A stretch of 64,000 nucleotides of DNA. Source: Tetramitus jugosus (taxonomy: Eukaryota; Protista; Heterolobosea). Below are positions 1 through 10,227 of the stretch, one piece after another. The stretch's first letter is position 1, and the number at the start of each line of letters is the position of its first letter. The notes under the pieces are model-generated. The model searched no databases, had not been told where the DNA came from, and saw nothing but the letters and a program-made list of their open reading frames with translations. The position numbers were made by a program, and so were the translations under genes. The stretch lies in the NCBI GenBank assembly GCA_937625935.1, contig OW569367.1, forward strand, positions 310,001-374,000. Reading direction: 5' to 3'.

Positions 1-2
1 CA

Positions 3-1820
3 ATGACCATGGAATCGACTATTCATTACAGCAGTGACAGTGACGAAGGAGAAGGCACGGAAACCGATCATCAACAATTTGATGAAGAAGATGAAGAACA
101 ATTCTTTGAATTCGATGATCAAAACCACATGAGTGGAGACGACGAGAGGGCAACAGACAATGACGACGAATCTGAATTCAAACAAGTTCATTATCATTCA
201 AGTTCCGATAATGAAGAAGAAGAAATTGTAAACGTTTACAATGATCAAGAGGAAGTGAGTGAACAGATTCAGGACAATGATGATGATGAGAATGGTAGTA
301 GCGATGATGGTAGTGGTAGTACTGAACACAATGCACATCATTCGTTTATTCGTCAACGATTGCTTCAAGAAGAATCGGAGAATGATTCTGAAGGAGTTTC
401 GGAGAAAATATTTGAAGTGGATTTGGAGATCTCGGATGACCGATTTGCCAATATTTATAATCAGGAGGAGTTTGCGGATTCAGTGTTTTATTTGGTGAGT
501 ACGGGTAAGGTGATTTATGTGTCAAAGGCCATTATTGCTGCTCAGTCACCATTGATGAAGAACTTGTTTCATGTGGACAATTTGATTCGCAGTGGAGATC
601 CATATTCGGAGAACAATTTTGGTGATAAACATGTGGTGGAGATTGATAGTGACGAGGATGCGTTTGAAGCAATGGTTTGCTACATGTACACTGGACGATT
701 GAAGTGCATGTACACTGATTTGTTTCCATTGTTGAAATTGTCGCGTCAATTCAGAGTGGATCGACTCAACTATCATTGCGTTCAATTCTTGTCACGAGAG
801 ATTGATATCGATAATTGCTTGGACGTTTATCTGTTTTGTGAGACGGAGCATTCGAATCACGAGGTGCTGGAGTTGGATGTCAAATTGAAGAAGAAGTGTC
901 TATCGTTTATGACGAGAAATTTTAAGGAGTTTATAGAGACGGAGCGATTTGCTCAGATATGTACAATAGGAGTATTAACAATGCTTCTGAATATGGATAT
1001 TTTAAAGGTACATGATGAATCAGTTGTCTTACAGAGTATTGTAACATGGGTCAATGGTAATTTGGATCATAGATTGCAGTATGTGGCTGAACTCTTGTCA
1101 TTGGTACGATTGGATCACGTATCAACAGAACACTTGTACACATTGCTCGTTGAGAATAGTTGGTTGAATGAACACGATCAGTTTGCAAAGAGAGTGAACT
1201 TTTCACTCTTTCACAAACTTTTTCGGTTAATGAAGACTGAGCCTCCACAATTAGTCGATTCTTTCAGTGTTGATAAAAGCGAAATGCCTTCGATTCTTAC
1301 AACATACCGAAGTGAAACTCCAAGAGCAATAAGTAATGACCCTAAGGATGATATAGAGGTGTTCCGTGGTACTGTTGACTTGAAATCAGGATGGATTCAA
1401 GTGAACAAGAAGAGAGATGCTATCGATGTGACAGTAAGAAACAAGAGTGTGCATTTGATTGGAATAGGAGTGAACAGCGGCATGAAACCTGGACAACACG
1501 TTGCATCCATACAGGTTATGGACGGCAATGATATTCTTTTAGACCAACAATTCGAATGGAATGGTGCAGATAAGGAGAGTCAAACTGGCTATCGAAAGCT
1601 GATGTTCCGAGAGAGTCCCATCTATTTATCAGTTGGAAAAACTGTGAGTATATCCGTTTTGATGAAGGGACCATTCACCACACAAACAAACAATGGACAG
1701 TCGACTGTCGTTGTGAACAATGATACTGATGATATTCTATTCGAGTTCTCAAACTCGTCCAAAGATGCGAATAATACGTCTGTTCAAAAGGGACAAATTC
1801 CATGTTTATATATCCAATAA
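3..1820 (+). CDS. BTB/POZ-BACK-PHR domain protein (BTBD1/2/6-like Cul3 adaptor) with acidic N-terminus
   Basis: BTB (FADSVF..VSKAIIAAQSPLMKNLF..FEAMVCYMYTG), BACK (ESVVLQSIVTWV..LLSLVRL), PHR-type C-terminus (NNTSVQKGQIPCLY). Confidence 0.85.
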   Translation: MTMESTIHYSSDSDEGEGTETDHQQFDEEDEEQFFEFDDQNHMSGDDERATDNDDESEFKQVHYHSSSDNEEEEIVNVYNDQEEVSEQIQDNDDDENGSSDDGSGSTEHNAHHSFIRQRLLQEESENDSEGVSEKIFEVDLEISDDRFANIYNQEEFADSVFYLVSTGKVIYVSKAIIAAQSPLMKNLFHVDNLIRSGDPYSENNFGDKHVVEIDSDEDAFEAMVCYMYTGRLKCMYTDLFPLLKLSRQFRVDRLNYHCVQFLSREIDIDNCLDVYLFCETEHSNHEVLELDVKLKKKCLSFMTRNFKEFIETERFAQICTIGVLTMLLNMDILKVHDESVVLQSIVTWVNGNLDHRLQYVAELLSLVRLDHVSTEHLYTLLVENSWLNEHDQFAKRVNFSLFHKLFRLMKTEPPQLVDSFSVDKSEMPSILTTYRSETPRAISNDPKDDIEVFRGTVDLKSGWIQVNKKRDAIDVTVRNKSVHLIGIGVNSGMKPGQHVASIQVMDGNDILLDQQFEWNGADKESQTGYRKLMFRESPIYLSVGKTVSISVLMKGPFTTQTNNGQSTVVVNNDTDDILFEFSNSSKDANNTSVQKGQIPCLYIQ

Positions 1821-1934
1821 ATCATGGAACTTTCAGAATCACAATACAGAAGTTTACTTATGCAAGTAATCGGCCTCCCCACTGGTAGATTCGGTGAATG
1901 ATAGCTGAAAGTTTACTGCTCAGAAGTCACCTTA

Positions 1935-4279
1935 TTATAGAACAAGACCTGGTGAGTGGCTTCCAATATTTGCTAATTCATCTGATTGAACATTTAGATA
2001 ATTGTCACTGTGTCCCTTGACCCATGAATAAGACACAGATAAATTCTTGTCTTGGCATGTGGATAATACAAATTCCTGAAGTTCTTTGCAATAATGATCT
2101 CCATGATTTTGTTTACACACATTGTCATTGTCACAATAGATGTCCAAGTGTTGGTTCGGAGGAGCCACCAAACAAGCCACAGCCACAGAATACAGTTCAC
2201 AATAGTTCGAACTGGTGGCGTACTGAATGCGAAATGGTAGCCGATAAACCACTCTCTCGTGGTCAACAAAAACAATTCCACCACCTCCGCTTTGTTGTTC
2301 GCTCCTGAAGGCTGCATCGGTATACACTTGATCAAATGCTATATCGTCGAGATCTTCCTGAATACCGAAAATAAGATCAGATGTTGGATCAGGTACAGAG
2401 GGACGACTAATCCTCTTTCTTCTTCGATATGATTCCGGTTGCTTGTTCTTTTGGGACCAATTGAACTTTTTCAAGTGCTTCTCGAGCATTCGAACTGTAC
2501 CACTTGATATTCCTCGAACTTCTTTAAATATTTCCTTGAATGATACTCTGTTGTTGTTCTCAGGACTACTATGTGCTAGTAAAGCTCGGATCACTCTGTG
2601 GTACCAATCATTGTCTGTCTCGATATCATTATTCTGAACATGTTCCACAACTCCTAATACTTGAGACAGATTATTCGAGTGGCCAAGTAAGGTAGAAAAG
2701 AGAAAGATACTAGGAATCATCTCGTATCGTTCTTCTAATTCTGATGTTAGTGCTAAACACGTTTCAATGTGGTTTGCTATCCCCATTTTATGAATCACGG
2801 TGTAGACGAAGTACTCATCAATATGAAGTGTTTCATGACTATTGAGTTTGTCGAACCATTGCAATAATAGATTTACGTCTCCTACCATTGCTAAACACCG
2901 ACCCATTGCGTCGTAATATTGTAAATCATCATCCGATAACTTTCGACGAACCAAATAGTTGAACAGTTTCAAAATATGATCATGATAGCTCTTGGGAGAC
3001 TTTCTACTCATCTCTTGCAACACCTTTGTATACGCTGCACACGAGAGAGGATCTACATTAGAGATTGAGTATTGAACAGCTTTTTCAATCTGCGCTGCTC
3101 CCACGTACGCAAGCACAATCTGCTCCTTCTCATGTAAGGAGTACGAGAGGTGCATTCGATCGGCATCTCTCGATATCCGTTCTGCGAGATCCATATGATT
3201 GTTCTCAATGGCGATTCGAATCAATTCAGACATTAAATTCTCTGTTACCGGTCGACGCTCCTCCTTACTCACATGCTGACTATACAGTAGTTCAGCTCTA
3301 TCTTCCTTATGCTTCTTCAAGTAGTATCCAAACAGAAAACAAAACTGTTTCTCCGTAATGACAGATGAATTCCCTTCCATCTCTCGAATCATTTGTTCTT
3401 CTCGTTCCAAACCTCTCAATATCTCATTTACAATTCCATAGGACTGCTTGGACAACAAGTCGTATCGAGTGGCAAATTGCTTCACACGATTCACATGTTC
3501 TCTTCTCGTTCTCTCATCTATCCTCATTTGCTTCAAAATGTGCTGAATGGTCGTCATGAACAACTGACGATCACTATTGCGATTTCTGTGCTTGTTATTC
3601 TTCATCGTTGGCATTGAACCAAAATTTTGGTCGTCGTCTTCCTCACTCATCATTGTATTCGCATGATTTTGATGATAATACTCATGATAGTAGTACTTTG
3701 GAGAGAATAGACAATCATGCACAGCTTGCAAGCATGATATGCATCGATCAAACTGTCCATTCATTGCTTGCATCACAGCCAAGTCCAACAATAGTTTTGG
3801 CTTCTTGGTAATCAACCGACTCCACCACCACCACCAATGTTGACCTTCAACATGATGATGAGAACTTCCTTTGGTGGCTTCTTCCAGTGGCAAGTAATCG
3901 TTCAAAATGGAGTCAATCTTGTCATAGCTTCTGAGAGCTATATTCTGATTTGTTTCACACAGAACATGTCCTTGCTTGTTTCCTTCATTGCTGTGGTGAG
4001 ATGATGGATCAATGAGTTGCGAAAGTGAATGCACACCATGCATGACACAAATTTGCTTCTTGAGGTTATGAATGAGATCTATCAGTGTTTTTCAATCTGC
4101 TTCTGATTCTTGTGTTGCTGACGGGCGATGGATGCTTCATTTGAATGCGGACCACGTTTCAGAGTGTGGCTGTGAAAAGAGAGTTGTTGGAAAGATGATG
4201 GAAGAAGAAGATACTTTGGTGCTGTTGAGAGAGTGATGAGTGATCGTGGGGAACGCAGTAAGGAATGAATTGGCCACAT
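1935..4279 (-). CDS. PPR-like helical repeat protein fused to C-terminal RNase H1 domain; probable mitochondrial presequence in an upstream frame
   Basis: Main ORF 1935-4043 has ~8 degenerate ~35-aa repeats, then YTDAA..NYCEL..YCDN..WVKGHS..N..SDELA. Upstream ORF from ATG 4279 (MWPIHSLLRSPRSLITLS..) joins it through a 1-nt shift at the T5 run 4088-4092 or a 44-nt intron. Confidence 0.75.
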
Positions 4280-4439
4280 GGCAATAGTGGTGTTGTTTGA
4301 GGTTGTGGTGCGAGTATTGATGATCTTCAACCAGATTTTGTTTTGTTGAAGGTGCAATCGAAAAATACAACGAGATTACAATTTCAACAAAAGTTCATAC
4401 CCCGTCTTCAGTCTTCAGTAGTTGTTGTAGTATCACAAG

Positions 4440-4972
4440 AGAAATCTTGTTTCATTCATTGAGTCCCTTTGGATTTTCTTTTTCCTTTACTATTCTTGCA
4501 TATTCCGTTTGAGCTTTCAACAATCGCTCAATGTCTCCATCGACTGCAGCTGCAAGCAACTCATTCTTGGCCAAAGTTTCTCGACTTTCAACAATATAAA
4601 GATAAACTGGATCCCTCTGACAATGGGTCAAATGTTTAACAAAGATTGAATCTCTCGTCGAACATACCCCTCTGGAACAACGGTAGAGGATTGATTGTTC
4701 ATACTAGCTACGACGATCCTGTTGTATTCTTCTAGAACACTGTATGAAGCATGAAGAGGGAGCCTTAACTCCTGTTCCTTCCTTTCCTTCACCGTTCGAT
4801 GCACTAATCTATCAGCTTCCCATCTCTTTCCAAGCAAATATTTGGAATGTGGCACTACCTGATGAACTCTCCTGATTCAAAGATGATTGTATGAGCCTTA
4901 CCGTACTTGTGGTTGGCCATCAATGAAACTTGAAGTTTCGTAATTGAAAGAATCCCAGTTTGCTTGATCCAT
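4440..4972 (-). pseudogene. Possible degenerate coding remnant, function unknown
   Basis: Protein-like stretches (MDQANWDSF..; RWEADRLVHRTVKE..; LAAAVDGDIERLLKAQ..) broken by stops and frame changes. Confidence 0.3.
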
Positions 4973-5127
4973 TGTTGATCGTGTTTCTCTTGTCCTTGCT
5001 TGTCCTTTTCTGAACCCAAATTCATCCGACCAGGAACTTGGCCCTTGGTACTTGGAACATTCTTACAAAAAAAAGCTCAGAAAACTGCAAAAAAAAAGCA
5101 ACAACAAACATCATCAAGAAAGAGCAG

Positions 5128-6459
5128 ATGGGATCCAAACATAGCAAAAAAGCTGTAAAATATGATATTGAACAATTCAGCGCCAGTCCAAACAACAACA
5201 ACAACAGCAGTCCAGACAATGGTTCCAAAGCAGTTGATGTCATTTCACAAGACCAAACAACAAAACAAGAGGAACCACTGGAACCAGAAGAGTTGTTGAC
5301 ACAGAACATTTTTGAGTTGTTGTCATGTGATTTGCAAATGTACATTTTAACATTCTTGTGCATGCGAGACCTGTATCATATATCATTGAGTTGTCAACAT
5401 GGTGCATACTTGGTGTTGAGTCCAGAAGCTGACGGGTACGTGTGGAAGTTGATGGCCAGTCATCTCGGATTCAACAATGAAGAAACTATTCGAGCACTCA
5501 TGCAAGAATTGGAAGAACGAGAGAATATCAAGGAAGATGATCAACCAAAGAACAAGAGCAAGAAGAAGAATAAGATGTGGAAGCTATTTCATAGGATGAC
5601 GTTGGATGATCACTCATCGACAAGCAAGAGTATAACAAGTAGTGAGAATGGCGGTGATGGTGGTGAGAAGGCTATTGAAGTCACAGAAGCATTAGAGAAG
5701 CAAGACCAGGACAATGGAGAAGAAGGAGTCGTCTCTCCTACATTGTCTGACGACAACGAGAAAAACCACTCAGCAGATGAAAATCTAACTGGCGAAGACT
5801 TGGCGACAAACGAAGGAATTGTGGTTGATTATCCACCAAACATGTGGAGATCGTTGGTGCATTCAAACTTGATGAAATGGGCTCCTGAAACAAGGACATC
5901 TGACACTGACATCAAGATGCACAACAATAACAAGACAATTTCATGTGAGAGACAAAGCAAGTGGGACACGATTCGAACCAACAGAAAACTTGAAATGGGA
6001 ATGGTTCATGGTTGGGAGTACGTTCTGGATGATCATGACAATGGTGGCTACAATTCCTATCGAGTGTTTGTTGGTATTGAGAAAAGTACGTACGCATTTA
6101 CTGAAGTGGGATTCGACAAGATTATTGGCTACAACAGTGAAGGTGTCAGTTATAATGTTGGTGAACACACTGTTCACAGAGACAATTCACATCAGCTCAA
6201 TGACAGATCTGTTCTGCATGAGAAGCATTTTGTATTCAGCACGGGTGACACAATTGGAATCAAACTCGATTTGAAGAATTTGAGCAGTTCAAAGAAAGCT
6301 TCCATGTATCTCTTCAAGAACAACAAGTATTTCATGACGATATCAGACATTGCCACGAAAGGCATCGTGTATTATCCTGCCATATCAGTCATTGGCCACC
6401 AAAAGGTATCCATTCGAATGAAGCATCCATCCATGCTTGACATCAATAACAGTGTTTAG
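5128..6459 (+). CDS. F-box + SPRY/B30.2 protein, copy 1, predicted N-myristoylated
   Basis: First ATG gives MGSKHSKK; F-box (IFELLSCDLQMYILTFLCMRDLYHISLSCQ); SPRY (WEYVLD..VFVGI..FSTGDTIGIKLDL..LFKNN..YYPAIS). Confidence 0.85.
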   Translation: MGSKHSKKAVKYDIEQFSASPNNNNNSSPDNGSKAVDVISQDQTTKQEEPLEPEELLTQNIFELLSCDLQMYILTFLCMRDLYHISLSCQHGAYLVLSPEADGYVWKLMASHLGFNNEETIRALMQELEERENIKEDDQPKNKSKKKNKMWKLFHRMTLDDHSSTSKSITSSENGGDGGEKAIEVTEALEKQDQDNGEEGVVSPTLSDDNEKNHSADENLTGEDLATNEGIVVDYPPNMWRSLVHSNLMKWAPETRTSDTDIKMHNNNKTISCERQSKWDTIRTNRKLEMGMVHGWEYVLDDHDNGGYNSYRVFVGIEKSTYAFTEVGFDKIIGYNSEGVSYNVGEHTVHRDNSHQLNDRSVLHEKHFVFSTGDTIGIKLDLKNLSSSKKASMYLFKNNKYFMTISDIATKGIVYYPAISVIGHQKVSIRMKHPSMLDINNSV

Positions 6460-6489
6460 TTTTGAATAAAAAGGAGAATGTAAATTAGT

Positions 6490-7752
6490 ATGATTGAAGC
6501 GACTGATCGACCAGTTTCTGGAATTCTGAAAATCTCAGATAAAAAAAAGCGGCAAATGATCAAGTCTTCGAACAACAATTCACAGTCACAGAACACTACT
6601 GGTACACTCTCACTGCCCAAGTATCTTTCGATTCGAATCGGTCCTCACACCATTCTACCCGTTTATGTGTACGATTACAGATACTGTCGTTGGCAAGATC
6701 ATATGCGGAGAAATAAAAAGCGCGCCAAACCTCCGACTACAAAGGCAGAGGACAGTCAAGACTCTCAAAGCTCTGCTTCAACAGGAAACACAGCTCCACG
6801 TCCCATCTATCGCCAGTGGTACACAAATGATCACGAACAGGAGCTCTTTCGTGTTCTCAAGCCATTTCTCAAGAGTTGTATCTTTAGTTTGAATTCTCCC
6901 ATTGTAATCAGTAGCAGTGTGAGTACCAACAAGTCTAGCAATAGCTCCAAAAAGGGTGCTGCAGGTAAGAAGAAGAGCCCTGCTGCCTCTTCCAAGCAAA
7001 GAGGAGCAAGTGCGAGTAGTGGTGCTGAGTTGGATGTAAGGGATGCACTGGCTCAGGTCATCTCGACGGATAGAAATATGCAACTGGTCAGAGGTGATAA
7101 CATTCAATTCAGTTATCAATTTTCAAACACGATTTCAAAGTACTGGCTCATGGTACCCAATCCGAGCTATCGTCGCAAGCTTCCATCTTCTGCGCCCATT
7201 GTGATTGACTCGAGTGACGATGGTGGTGATAAGAAGAGCGGAGATGCTAACGAGAAGCCAGAAGAAACACAACAGGAACATAGCTTGAAACTGGATTCTT
7301 CGTCTGATGAAGAAAGTAAGAACAACAAGTGGAATTCTCATCAGTTGGAATCCAAGAGAAGCAAAACAACAAAGAAACAACCGTCCAATTCGCCTCGAGT
7401 ATCAAAAAGACCATCGCGGTCAACAGGAAAGAGAACAAGGCAATCATCTCCAGTATCAGAGTCAAGCGATAGTAGCAGTGGTGATGATTATACAGCAGAG
7501 ACCGAGACTGAGGCAATAACTGAAACAGCAATCGAAGTTACAGCCACAGAAGAGGAAAACGACGATGTTATCGTTACCAAGGTCGTGAACGCTGATGAAT
7601 ATGCCGACAGATTTTTGGGTTATGTTCCTTGGCGGTATTCCCTCATTATCTACTTGGAGCCTCATGGTTCTTCCGATGACGATTCTGACAACATTTTCTC
7701 ACAAGGATATCTACACAACCCAGAGCTCATTAGTTACTATATGAAGAAATAA
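6490..7752 (+). CDS. Uncharacterised protein, largely low-complexity, probably nuclear
   Basis: 420-aa ORF; ordered N-terminal (IRIGPHTILPVYVY) and C-terminal (YSLIIYLEP) blocks around Ser/Lys/Glu-rich disorder; start may be 6556. Confidence 0.65.
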   Translation: MIEATDRPVSGILKISDKKKRQMIKSSNNNSQSQNTTGTLSLPKYLSIRIGPHTILPVYVYDYRYCRWQDHMRRNKKRAKPPTTKAEDSQDSQSSASTGNTAPRPIYRQWYTNDHEQELFRVLKPFLKSCIFSLNSPIVISSSVSTNKSSNSSKKGAAGKKKSPAASSKQRGASASSGAELDVRDALAQVISTDRNMQLVRGDNIQFSYQFSNTISKYWLMVPNPSYRRKLPSSAPIVIDSSDDGGDKKSGDANEKPEETQQEHSLKLDSSSDEESKNNKWNSHQLESKRSKTTKKQPSNSPRVSKRPSRSTGKRTRQSSPVSESSDSSSGDDYTAETETEAITETAIEVTATEEENDDVIVTKVVNADEYADRFLGYVPWRYSLIIYLEPHGSSDDDSDNIFSQGYLHNPELISYYMKK

Positions 7753-7782
7753 CAAATTGATCCATTTATTATTTAATAGGTT

Positions 7783-8334
7783 TTAATTAGTGGCCGTTAG
7801 ATTTTGCTGAATCTTGCTCAACTTAATACCTCGGAAGTAAGTGGAAATACCCTTTTTCGTGATGTGATCAATGGCAAGTTTCATCATTGTTTGGTGCTCG
7901 CTCGATATTCCAATCGAGGATGCAAAATCAATCTCGATATACCTCCTGTCTATTCCACTTATCAGCAATAGACACATTACAATCACTCCGGTTCTATCCT
8001 TTCCTGATGCACAATGGATCAACACAGGATATTGTACACTTTCAGCTTCGAATAACTTGATGACAGATAGTATCCACTTGTATGTCTCCTTTTCTTGAAC
8101 ATCATACGACTCTAGATCTCTTTCTTTTGCCATTTGAAAGAAAGCAGGACGATGTTCCAATGGTTCATTATGGAATTGTGTTTCATTGTCCTGTTGTTTC
8201 CTCAGGTTAAGTATTGTTCGAGGGTACCAAATATCCTTTATAGTGAGATAATCTATACTTCCTCCACGGTAAATTCTTTTGGCTGGAAACTGTGGCACAT
8301 TCACAGAGACATCTCTCAAATTCTTACACTGCAT
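7783..8334 (-). CDS. Protein tyrosine/serine phosphatase, IphP (Y_phosphatase3) family
   Basis: NLRD..IYRGG..TILNLR and CX5R motif PVLIHCASGKDRTG. Confidence 0.85.
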   Translation of the reverse strand: MQCKNLRDVSVNVPQFPAKRIYRGGSIDYLTIKDIWYPRTILNLRKQQDNETQFHNEPLEHRPAFFQMAKERDLESYDVQEKETYKWILSVIKLFEAESVQYPVLIHCASGKDRTGVIVMCLLLISGIDRRYIEIDFASSIGISSEHQTMMKLAIDHITKKGISTYFRGIKLSKIQQNLTATN

Positions 8335-8437
8335 TTGTTTTGTTTTGTCTGTGTCGTTTCTGGTCCAGGTGGCATCGGTGAAATTGTTTCTTCGTTGCTC
8401 ACACGAACATCAATTTTGAAAGTGTATCTTGGTTCAT

Positions 8438-10132
8438 TTATTGACAGAGAATATCAATGTCGGTGAATGACTGGTTTATACTTGCTTTCAGTTTCTCTTT
8501 CATGATAAAGGGACTTTGCCTCTCGTCGCTCAGTACTGTGACACAATCAACTTCCAGGTTCATCCTGATAACACCCTCACATGTCTGTTTGTCCACATTC
8601 CACACACGAATCGTCCGATCTGGCGAAGCACTGTAGATAATAGAGCTGTTTTTCTGGGAGACTGACAAATAGTTGACACCCTTTTTATGTCCATAGAGTT
8701 TCACAAACGGTTGCATCATCCGAACATCCCAACCAACAATCAGTGAATCCTGGCCACACGACCAAACTTCATGATACTTTCGATTAGTGACAAAGTTAAC
8801 TGATCCGTTGTGTCCCTTACGAACCAGGGATGGAAGATTAATCGTATTGCTGGAGTATGAAAGAGTTCGGGTATCATACAAACCGACGTCTCCATGAAAA
8901 CCTGTTACAATCAGTGCTGAATGTGTTCGATTGTAGCACATGGAATTAATAAGAAGATTGAATTTGGCATCATTGTCTCGATCGACATCATCAGAGAGTC
9001 TGTGTAGATCCCACATTCGCACACATGTGTCAAATGATCCACTATATGCAACATCTCGATCGGTATCTGCAACAATAGAAGTTATCCAGGAGGTGTGACC
9101 GGACAACTTGACCAGTGGTTCGAATCGATCGTCGATGATTGATTCTTCATCATCATCAACACTACTGTCAATGATCTCCTCATCTCTTTTCACTCGAAGG
9201 AAACCAACGTGTTCATCATGTGAGGCAGTTGCCAAAATGTTATACTTTGGAAAAGCAGCAATCTGCTGTATAGTGCTCGTGTGAAACTGAGAACATCGAC
9301 CTCGAATCTTACCCATCAAGGGGTCCCATTGAATCACTGTGGAATCGTGTCCTGCAGAGTACAAATAACCATTCATATTCTCAAATGTCTTAATGGACCT
9401 TGTGTGGCCCTTGAATCCGTGATATGATTCATTCTCATACGTCGGATCAACCGAATTGCCCTTCATCTTTACGTTGTGCACTGATTTGACGACAATAGGT
9501 TTCACTCCCTTCATAAAATCATAAGTACCTTCCTCCTTCTTTCTGCCTTTTCCACTACTCGACTTGTTATCATTTCTATTCTTCTTATTCTTGCCTCGAC
9601 TCGCTTTACTCTTCTTTTCGGCTGCTCTCTCAACATGTTGTTTCTGTTTACCACCACCATGCTTCACGTGCTTATTCTTGTGATGATGGTAGCTACTTTT
9701 CTTTTGCTTTGCGTTTTCATCGTAATCTCCCCAGTACTTGTTCCAAACGTCCTCCTCTTCTTCTTTTTCTTCTTCTTCGACAGTATCGGCAGCAATCTCT
9801 TCCGTTTCACTACCACCATCTTCATTTTCTTCTTCTTCACTGTCCCAATCGTTCTTCTTCTTTTTCTTCGTTTGTGCAAAAGCTTCAGGTACAGAATCAC
9901 CTCTAACATCATTCTCATCATTGTCATTTGACAATTTCCATCGTATCAATCGACAAGGACCATCTGTTCTCTTGTAGAGACCGATCACCAAGTTTTCATG
10001 TGAGTCTGTCGTGGGATTGGCTTGTTTTTCTTCCAATGTGTTTCCTGTGAAAAGAGATGGAGTCGTGGCTTGACTGGCTTGAGCAAAGAAACTGGCATCT
10101 AGTGGCCTCTGAGTCAGTGGATATGGTTTCAT
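8438..10132 (-). CDS. WD40-repeat protein with charged N-terminal region
   Basis: Multiple GH..S.S.D..V..WD repeats. Confidence 0.85.
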   Translation of the reverse strand: MKPYPLTQRPLDASFFAQASQATTPSLFTGNTLEEKQANPTTDSHENLVIGLYKRTDGPCRLIRWKLSNDNDENDVRGDSVPEAFAQTKKKKKNDWDSEEEENEDGGSETEEIAADTVEEEEKEEEEDVWNKYWGDYDENAKQKKSSYHHHKNKHVKHGGGKQKQHVERAAEKKSKASRGKNKKNRNDNKSSSGKGRKKEEGTYDFMKGVKPIVVKSVHNVKMKGNSVDPTYENESYHGFKGHTRSIKTFENMNGYLYSAGHDSTVIQWDPLMGKIRGRCSQFHTSTIQQIAAFPKYNILATASHDEHVGFLRVKRDEEIIDSSVDDDEESIIDDRFEPLVKLSGHTSWITSIVADTDRDVAYSGSFDTCVRMWDLHRLSDDVDRDNDAKFNLLINSMCYNRTHSALIVTGFHGDVGLYDTRTLSYSSNTINLPSLVRKGHNGSVNFVTNRKYHEVWSCGQDSLIVGWDVRMMQPFVKLYGHKKGVNYLSVSQKNSSIIYSASPDRTIRVWNVDKQTCEGVIRMNLEVDCVTVLSDERQSPFIMKEKLKASINQSFTDIDILCQ

Positions 10133-10227
10133 TTTTTTTCACAGTTTCGTTGAGATCAGAACGGAGAAAAAGATAGTATGTTCAAAATAAGTTGAATGTA
10201 TTGAAGTAGGTCAGTTCAAACAAGATT

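Noticed and set aside
1935-2400. RNase H domain as part of a retrotransposon
   Set aside because: No RT, integrase, endonuclease, LTR or poly(A) tail nearby; it is in frame with a helical-repeat protein
5875-6440. Diversity-generating retroelement as the source of SPRY loop variation
   Set aside because: Differences are not adenine-specific, and there is no reverse transcriptase or template repeat in the window
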